A stretch of DNA of 50,782 nucleotides from Bacillota bacterium (GTDB lineage Bacteria > Bacillota > Clostridia > Saccharofermentanales > DTU023), in assembly GCA_023388605.1 (NCBI GenBank), contig JAEWFX010000021.1, positions 1 through 50,782 on the forward strand. The letters are read 5' to 3'. The notes under the pieces are model-generated. The model did not search any database. It was not told where the DNA came from and was given only the letters and a program-made list of their open reading frames with translations. The translations under genes were made by a program, and so were the position numbers. Below, piece by piece: positions 26,776 through 33,695 of this stretch. The number at the start of each line of letters is the position of its first letter. Position 1 is the first letter of the stretch.

Positions 26776-28282
26776 GAGTAAGTGTCTTGAGCTTATCGAT
26801 CAATTGTGGTGTCAGATCTCCTTCACGCATTCTCCACTGCCAATTGGCTCCGATGGTGCCAGGAGTATTCATACGTGAACTCGAATCTAGATTGAGTAGA
26901 TCCTGCATAGTGAGTATGGTGGTATTAGCACCGCTGATCATAGCTCCACGCATCATACCCCAATTGTATCCTTCGCGATCATTGAGCCCCAGGTAAAGTC
27001 TGGCTAGCTCAAGGTCTATAGGCATTGTGCGATGACACCAACCTAAGACTGTATCATTGTCATGTGTACCCACATAACAGACGTTGTCGGCTTCGATATT
27101 GTGAGGTAGGTAAGGACTAGTCATATTGGGATTGAAAGCATATTGCAAAACTGCCATCCCACTTAAACCTAGACGTTGACGCAACTCTGTGACGTCGTCG
27201 GTCACAGCGCTCAGATCTTCAGCGATCAGAGGTAGACTGCGGTGTTCAGCCAAAAGACGTTTGAAAAGCTTATCTTTAGGTCCTTGGCGCCATTCACCTT
27301 CATTGGCAGAAGCGGCTCCGTAAGGTATGGCCCAGTAAGCATCGAAGGCACGAAAATGATCTAGGCGTACATAGTCATAAAGTTTTAGTTGAAACTTAAG
27401 ACGTTTGTACCACCACTCATAATCATCTTTAGCCATGTAATCCCAATTATAGAGTGGATTGCCCCACAATTGACCGCGATCAGTGAAATAATCGGGCGGT
27501 GTACCAGCTACAAAGCTAGGACAAATTCTCTGCTCGGTCTCCATGGTCTCAAACAGTTCTGGTTGCGACCACAATTCTACACTGTCTTCCGCCACATAGA
27601 AGGGCATATCGCCGATGATTTTGACTCCACGCTCTTGAGCGTAATCCTTGAGCTTGAACCATTGTTTGAAAAAGATATATTGCAGGAAAATCTGGTAATC
27701 TATGGCATCTTTATTGTTTTTACAGAATTCTTCGACACCACTGGCTTTTCTGCTGCGTAGATTTTCTGGCCAATCCCACCACGGCAAACCTTTTTGACTA
27801 TGTTTGATCGCCATGAAGATCGCATAGTCTTCAATCCATTCATTTTCTTTACAGAATTGATCGACAGCTGCTTGCCACTCCGGTAGACGCTTGTATACAT
27901 AAGCGCCATAAGCCCACTTGAACATGAGTGCTCGGTGACTATAGATAGCACTGTACTCTACACAACTAGGGTCTGTACCATAATCAGCGTGGTAGGGGGC
28001 ACCAGGCTCTAACAGGCCGTCTTCCACCAAAAGATCTAAATCAATCAAGTAAAGATTTCCAGCGTAGACTGAAAAATTATTATAAGGGGAATTAGCAAAA
28101 CCAGTAGTTCCCAGAGGTAAAATCTGCCAGTATTGCTGTTTCGCTTCCACAAGGAAATCTACGAAGCGATAAGCGGCTTCACCTAGACTACCAATACCGT
28201 AAGTAGAGGGCAACGAGGTAATATGCAACAAAACGCCACTACTGCGTTTGTTGATCATATCTTCAAACTGATGTGCAATCAT
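26744..28282 (-). CDS. malQ: 4-alpha-glucanotransferase (amylomaltase, GH77)
   Basis: 'SGVLLHITSLPS..GIGSLG', 'GDMPFYVA.DS', 'LWGNPLYNW' and 'VRLDHFRAF'. Confidence 0.9.
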   Translation of the reverse strand: MIAHQFEDMINKRSSGVLLHITSLPSTYGIGSLGEAAYRFVDFLVEAKQQYWQILPLGTTGFANSPYNNFSVYAGNLYLIDLDLLVEDGLLEPGAPYHADYGTDPSCVEYSAIYSHRALMFKWAYGAYVYKRLPEWQAAVDQFCKENEWIEDYAIFMAIKHSQKGLPWWDWPENLRSRKASGVEEFCKNNKDAIDYQIFLQYIFFKQWFKLKDYAQERGVKIIGDMPFYVAEDSVELWSQPELFETMETEQRICPSFVAGTPPDYFTDRGQLWGNPLYNWDYMAKDDYEWWYKRLKFQLKLYDYVRLDHFRAFDAYWAIPYGAASANEGEWRQGPKDKLFKRLLAEHRSLPLIAEDLSAVTDDVTELRQRLGLSGMAVLQYAFNPNMTSPYLPHNIEADNVCYVGTHDNDTVLGWCHRTMPIDLELARLYLGLNDREGYNWGMMRGAMISGANTTILTMQDLLNLDSSSRMNTPGTIGANWQWRMREGDLTPQLIDKLKTLTLVSGRLPQGG

Positions 28283-28382
28283 CTCATCTTCTCCATCGAT
28301 AATGCTATTCTAACCGAAAGTTAAAAATTGATACAATCAAAAGCTTGTCTTCTCCTGTTTCTGCTCCGTTTTCAATTCTTTG

Positions 28383-29042
28383 TCAGGAGAGATTAGGACG
28401 TCTATCGACGATCATGAGGCAATAAAGACGCTGAACTAAGAGGATAAGACCATAGGCTAAAAGTCCATTTGCCACACCACCAGGTATATCCAATATGACA
28501 TGCTGCTTGACTAATACAGTAGTAGCTGCGATCAGAATCATCCACAGCGTGATCACCCACTTAGTGATGATCTTAACCGGTGCCTGCCAAATAAAGACGA
28601 TCAAAATTGTGCAGAGACTGACATGGATGGAAGGGAAACCACAATAATGATTATCTATCCTGTAAGTGTACTCTATAAGGCGACCAGCCAGTGAGGAACT
28701 CAAATCTTCTAGCGGTAGACGCGGCACTTGTGTCTGACAGAATATGAAAAATATATTCGCCTGCAACTGTGCTAAGGCCAGTGAAAAGAAATATCTGCGA
28801 CCCAGCTCTCGTTGTCTATACAAGAATAAAATTCCACATAAAAAGATAGTCGGAGACCAAAGATGGTAGACGAAGATCAAGGGTTCTACCACCGGGATCT
28901 GACTATCTAAGGGTATGAAAAAACTACGCACTGTACCGATGGGTCGATTCAACAACTCCATCAGTGGGAAAGTGACCAGAAAGCAAAACAAAGCCAACCA
29001 GTCATATTTAGTTAAACTGCGAAAGAACTGTTTTATTTTCAC
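28383..29042 (-). CDS. PAP2-superfamily membrane protein of the two-motif (PAP2_C / sphingomyelin-synthase-like) type
   Basis: A polytopic 219-aa protein. 'CGFPSIHVS' corresponds to the SxH motif and 'KQHVILDIPGG' to the HxxxD motif. The KxxxxxxRP motif of classical PAP2 phosphatases was not seen. Confidence 0.5.
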   Translation of the reverse strand: MKIKQFFRSLTKYDWLALFCFLVTFPLMELLNRPIGTVRSFFIPLDSQIPVVEPLIFVYHLWSPTIFLCGILFLYRQRELGRRYFFSLALAQLQANIFFIFCQTQVPRLPLEDLSSSLAGRLIEYTYRIDNHYCGFPSIHVSLCTILIVFIWQAPVKIITKWVITLWMILIAATTVLVKQHVILDIPGGVANGLLAYGLILLVQRLYCLMIVDRRPNLS

Positions 29043-29048
29043 TGAACT

Positions 29049-29840
29049 TTAAGCTGATAGTCGTTTAATACGTACTTTCTCACGAGCATTAGCCATAGCG
29101 ACTAAGACATGTTTGCCGATCAACCATGTGCAGAAGATCGCTAGATTGTAGCAAGCCCAAACTACTAGAGTGTAACCGACACTGCCGACAGTATTGCGTA
29201 CAAACATGAGATGATCAGGCGGCTCAATCATATAACCATAATTGGTCTCTGCAAAACCCAGTAGACGCATCACTAAGCTGAATACAGTTATACCGACGTT
29301 GTAGAAGTTGGTGATGACTAACATCTTTTTGAGATCGCTGACAGGAAACTTATATCCCTTAGCACAGACATAGTAAGCAGCGAACCAACCTAAATTCAGG
29401 TGCATGATCACGAAGTTGAAGTTCGTATAGTGCGGGAAATTATAGGGATAGATATCGCTGATAATCAGAGTGATCACTGAACCCATCAAGCCCCACCAGA
29501 TCGCAGGTAAAACCAATTTTTTCTTCTTGAGGAAGACTGACAAGATCACCATCCATGCTGCCATGCGACAATGAAACAAAGGCAATTGCTTCGACAGCGT
29601 GAATATACCATGACCGATGAACCAAGAATTGATAATCACTTGATCGACGAGTATAGCACCAGCTATCACTTTCAAGTAAAAATCTGATTTGGGCGAATTC
29701 TTGAGATTTTGAGAGCGCCAAAACATCACTAAAATCACTGTCATCCAAACAAAGACAATACCCAGATGAACACCAGTGGATAACTGAGGTGGTACTACAT
29801 CAGGTGTGGCGCGGAAGAAATAATTCAAACTCTCTAACAT
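29049..29840 (-). CDS. YwaF / TIGR02206-type (TMEM164-like) integral membrane protein
   Basis: A polytopic 263-aa protein with the family-typical 'LPLFHC' segment. An AGGAG RBS precedes the start. Confidence 0.5.
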   Translation of the reverse strand: MLESLNYFFRATPDVVPPQLSTGVHLGIVFVWMTVILVMFWRSQNLKNSPKSDFYLKVIAGAILVDQVIINSWFIGHGIFTLSKQLPLFHCRMAAWMVILSVFLKKKKLVLPAIWWGLMGSVITLIISDIYPYNFPHYTNFNFVIMHLNLGWFAAYYVCAKGYKFPVSDLKKMLVITNFYNVGITVFSLVMRLLGFAETNYGYMIEPPDHLMFVRNTVGSVGYTLVVWACYNLAIFCTWLIGKHVLVAMANAREKVRIKRLSA

Positions 29841-29905
29841 CTAATTCTCCTAGTCATACAATTGCCCTCATTCTAAGCAATAGATTTATTTTGTCAATAA
29901 AGATT

Positions 29906-32497
29906 TCATAAATACTTAATTTTAAAACTCGATCGTTCAGCTGCTGTCACAGTGTGTTTGGTAGAAGTGAAGTAGATAATTTGCCGTTTGCTATCTGCAC
30001 TGATGTCTGATAAAAGATCAAAGGCTAGCTGCAATCTCTCATCGTCATACTGCGTGAAGCCGTCATCGATGATCAAAGGCAAACAGATCTGTTCACTGAG
30101 CAATTCAGATAAGGCAAGGCGCAATGCCAGATAAGCTTGATCAAAAGCTCCTACTGAAAGATAGGCTGCATCCATATAATTTTTATTGCCCACCTGGATG
30201 TTTAGATCATGATCGCTCAAGAAATCAGTGTATTTACCAGCCGTCAGTTGCCTAAAATACTCTTGAGCACGTTGTTGTAATTCCGGGGCAAAATCGCGGC
30301 GCATCGCTTGAAAAGCCTCATTCATCAGCAAGCCAGCAATTTGCGTCGCCTCGTATAATTTCTCTGCTTGAAGCAATTCTTCTTGGAGAATAGCAATTTC
30401 TTCTTTCACATCTTGTGCATTGCCCTGAATGTTTATGGAATCGATTAATCGACCTTTCTCTTGAGCAAATTGCAGGCGCAAATCAGTAAGTTCTGTTCGT
30501 CTCGCTTGTAGCTGAATCTTAAGCTCATTGCTTTTTGCTTCTAGATCCTCGACAGAGATAGCATGAAAAATACCTATATTATCCATTCCCCACTGTGCTT
30601 CTAGCTCAGTTAATTGTTGCTCATAAGCCGCTACTGTTCTGCGAACTGCCGGCAAATTCAATTCATCGAGCGCTCTGCTGATCAGAGAGTCAGAAGATTG
30701 TAGCTTGCTGATTTTGTGGTTTAGTTCCTCTTGTCTCTGCTCTAGGATTTGGATAATTCGTTCTACTGTTATATCAGGCGGCAAAGAGTACTCCCTGCTC
30801 AAAGACTCCTTTGTCTTTTCTAGCTCCTGCTCCTGCTGTAATAATTTTGTACGCAGATTTGCTAAGTGATCTTGTTCGGATTGCAATTTGCTTGCAGCCG
30901 CCGTTAGATGTCTCTCATTCTCCGCCACTCGGCTATTGATCACCTCGGACAATCGACTTATTTTTTTCTGCAATTGCATCTGACGTTGTAGATATGATGT
31001 CAATTGATCAGCGCTCGTGTCAGATTGCTCCGTATTCAAATTTAGAGACTGCGCAGATATTCTTTGCAGATCAGCTTGTAGTCTCTGCTGATTGAAGAAT
31101 CCTGCGATCAATAAAATCAACAAAATGAAGAAAAACACGCCTGAAGCGATGGTAACCCAACTGAGCTGTTCTTTGAATTGCGATAAGAAATCAAGATAGT
31201 GGGCAGCAACACTAGATATCCCTAAAAATAAACTGAGAGATATCAGGATTAGATTTAACCTCTGCCTTGTGTGATATTTGAGCAGACGCTCTCGTATCGA
31301 GGCCTGTTTCGCTTGTACTTCCTGCAACTGTCGCTGCAATCTCTCTTGCTGTAATCGTTTTTTGCTTTGTTGTTTTTTCTCAACTTCAGCGATGGTGATC
31401 GCTAGTTCAGCTAGTTCGCGCCTGCTTTGTTCCAGCTCTCTTTGCTCATTTTGGGGCTGTTTGGCAGCTACTGCTTCTTTGACCTGTACCCATGATCTCT
31501 GACTATGTTGAAACGCTTCTAATACTTCTGAAACTTGTCCCTCACGCTCATTACGACTGATTACGAGATTCTTGATATTATTCAGTTGCTGTTCCAATCT
31601 CGACAGACCTTCTCGCCAATTCTCCTTTTCGGCTAACTGGCGTTGGGCGAGCAATTCCCGTTCTTGCTCTTCTAAAAGTGCTAACTTGCGGCGTTCGGAG
31701 CGTAAATTGTGAGATAGCTTAGCATACTCCAGCCCCACCTCTTGCCTGTGTAGATCATCGACTAATCTAGTCTGCTGGTTGATGGTTTGCTCAATCTCTG
31801 ACAAGCTCTTTTGCCTGCGATCTTCCTCTGCTTCTGCTGCGATCAACTCTGCTAACAGCTGTTCCTTAGTCGCAATTTCACGCTCCAGCCTGTTGATCTC
31901 CGCATCTTTAGATCGCCCCTTCAGTTTGCTGCTACGCTTTTTCAAATACTCATCTATTTTAGATATGGAAATATTTTCGTCACCTGTATTCTGCAGATTG
32001 AAAAGCGACTGAAATACGTCTTTGTTATCCTTGCAATCAGCCAGTGAAGTCTTGGTCTGAGCGACAAATACCGAACGCTCAAAGGTAGCTTGATCAATCC
32101 CTAAGAAGTATTCTCCAGGTGAGAGCAAATGATCATCTCTAGATAGTTCTGCTGTTATTTCTCTGCCCGCATCAATATCGAATATTTTCAGCTGATCTTT
32201 CTTGGGCACAGAACCGAACAAAGCCTGAATTTCATAGTTACGACCATTTTTTTCGAGTCTGAGACTACCTCCCATCTGCTTGTCATGCTGTAATGGTCGA
32301 TAGCGTTTGCGATCGCTGCTACGTACATCTCTGCTATTCTTAGCGAGACCATATAGAACGGCTAGAAGAAAACTCGACAAAGTGCTCTTGCCGAATTCAT
32401 TCAACGCAAAATACACTCCCTTATCTTCAATGAAATCTAGAGCATATTCTTCTAGACCACCGAAACTCTGTATATAGGCACTCTTAAACTTGATCAT
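29906..32497 (-). CDS. YhaN-type AAA / Rad50-SbcC-like ATPase with a long coiled coil and two central hydrophobic helices
   Basis: N-terminal Walker A 'ALNEFGKST', several hundred residues of Gln/Glu/Leu-rich coiled coil, and a C-terminal Walker B-like 'LPLIIDDGF'. The hydrophobic segments 'LNLILISLSLFLGISSVAAHYL' and 'WVTIASGVFFFILLILLIAGFF' sit mid-protein. Confidence 0.7.
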   Translation of the reverse strand: MIKFKSAYIQSFGGLEEYALDFIEDKGVYFALNEFGKSTLSSFLLAVLYGLAKNSRDVRSSDRKRYRPLQHDKQMGGSLRLEKNGRNYEIQALFGSVPKKDQLKIFDIDAGREITAELSRDDHLLSPGEYFLGIDQATFERSVFVAQTKTSLADCKDNKDVFQSLFNLQNTGDENISISKIDEYLKKRSSKLKGRSKDAEINRLEREIATKEQLLAELIAAEAEEDRRQKSLSEIEQTINQQTRLVDDLHRQEVGLEYAKLSHNLRSERRKLALLEEQERELLAQRQLAEKENWREGLSRLEQQLNNIKNLVISRNEREGQVSEVLEAFQHSQRSWVQVKEAVAAKQPQNEQRELEQSRRELAELAITIAEVEKKQQSKKRLQQERLQRQLQEVQAKQASIRERLLKYHTRQRLNLILISLSLFLGISSVAAHYLDFLSQFKEQLSWVTIASGVFFFILLILLIAGFFNQQRLQADLQRISAQSLNLNTEQSDTSADQLTSYLQRQMQLQKKISRLSEVINSRVAENERHLTAAASKLQSEQDHLANLRTKLLQQEQELEKTKESLSREYSLPPDITVERIIQILEQRQEELNHKISKLQSSDSLISRALDELNLPAVRRTVAAYEQQLTELEAQWGMDNIGIFHAISVEDLEAKSNELKIQLQARRTELTDLRLQFAQEKGRLIDSINIQGNAQDVKEEIAILQEELLQAEKLYEATQIAGLLMNEAFQAMRRDFAPELQQRAQEYFRQLTAGKYTDFLSDHDLNIQVGNKNYMDAAYLSVGAFDQAYLALRLALSELLSEQICLPLIIDDGFTQYDDERLQLAFDLLSDISADSKRQIIYFTSTKHTVTAAERSSFKIKYL

Positions 32498-33596
32498 CGA
32501 TGGCCTCCAAACCGACAGCTAGCGCTAACTCCAGTAATTCTGAGTTGTTTTGCTCAGCTTGTCGTGCCATTATTTGACGATAGAAATATCCACGTAGACC
32601 CTTATCTTCTAAAAGTTTTGATGTATCGTAACTTATTTTCGTTTCATCGATAAGTTCACAGGCCAATAGATGAGTTCTGATGCCGGCTTCTATCTCAGCT
32701 AAATCCGATGCCAACGATCTCTGTACCGTTCCTGCTAGACGTAGACGGTAGACGTGTTCACTGCCATATTCACTGACGGCATTTTCGAGTAATTTAACTA
32801 TGTCATATTGTGTCTCTGCTGTGCTGACATCAACTCTTAGATCATAAAAATGTATGGTATCTAGAGCATGAAAATCCAATCCCACCAATTGACCGTTGAT
32901 TATTTCACCACAATAATAGCCTGTCTCACCAGTGCGTTTGAAAGAGTGACCTGTGGGCGGTCCAGCATAACGCCATTTACTAGAAGAAGTAGGATCAGCT
33001 CGATGTATATGTCCTAAAGCAATGTAGGCCACAGGTAAAGCGTCCAGGTCACGTGCCAGTAATAGATTGTGATCGGAAGAGGTTTTGCTCGCTCTGACAT
33101 CTCCGTGCAAGAGCAGACAACGATTCTCTAGGGGCGGAACACCTAGTTTACTATCTGCTTGCTCTAATAGGTTAGGCAATAAACTAGCGCGCTCATATAG
33201 AGATTGAAAACTCCGACCGTAGATAGATGTATCTAGCTCAGGTATATCGATACGCTCAGCGCTACGCGGTGAAAACACATGCACACCATCGATGGACGCT
33301 AGCTCTTCATAAAAAGATCCAGGGAAAAAGGGGTCATGATTGCCAGCTACCAGCAAAATAGGTAACTTGCTCGCTGTCTGTTCAAAAATTTTGACGATAT
33401 TGATCTTTTCAGCGGCAGAGATCTGGTCGTATTCATATAGATCACCTGCAATCAGCCAGATATCAGCATCCCGTACTGCAATATCTGCAAGTTTTTCTAA
33501 AATTCGCATATTTTCGACCGCCAATCTGGCGCTGATCTCAGAAAAATGTCGAAAATTTTTGCCGATATGATGATCTGCAGTATGGATAAACTTCAT
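32484..33596 (-). CDS. YhaO-type SbcD/Mre11-like metallophosphoesterase (exonuclease subunit)
   Basis: Calcineurin-like motifs 'HTADHHIG', 'AGDLYE', 'GNHDP', 'LLLHGD' and 'GHIH'. I set the start at the ATG at 33596 (MKFIHTADHH), 5 nt after GGAGG. The 40-aa extension in the ORF track is spurious. Confidence 0.8.
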   Translation of the reverse strand: MKFIHTADHHIGKNFRHFSEISARLAVENMRILEKLADIAVRDADIWLIAGDLYEYDQISAAEKINIVKIFEQTASKLPILLVAGNHDPFFPGSFYEELASIDGVHVFSPRSAERIDIPELDTSIYGRSFQSLYERASLLPNLLEQADSKLGVPPLENRCLLLHGDVRASKTSSDHNLLLARDLDALPVAYIALGHIHRADPTSSSKWRYAGPPTGHSFKRTGETGYYCGEIINGQLVGLDFHALDTIHFYDLRVDVSTAETQYDIVKLLENAVSEYGSEHVYRLRLAGTVQRSLASDLAEIEAGIRTHLLACELIDETKISYDTSKLLEDKGLRGYFYRQIMARQAEQNNSELLELALAVGLEAIDDQV

Positions 33597-33659
33597 GATG
33601 ACCTCCGAATTTGATTTTAGCATAGCGACAACAATCAAATACTCGTCGTTCACGTTTTG

Positions 33660-33689
33660 TTGACTTTTGACATTTTGTGAACATATACT
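33660..33689 (+). promoter_or_regulatory. Putative sigma-70 promoter placed for a leaderless transcript
   Basis: TTGACT (33660..33665), an 18-nt spacer, then TATACT (33684..33689). The ATG at 33696 begins 7 nt after the -10 and has no SD. Confidence 0.45.
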
Positions 33690-33695
33690 GCGTAT

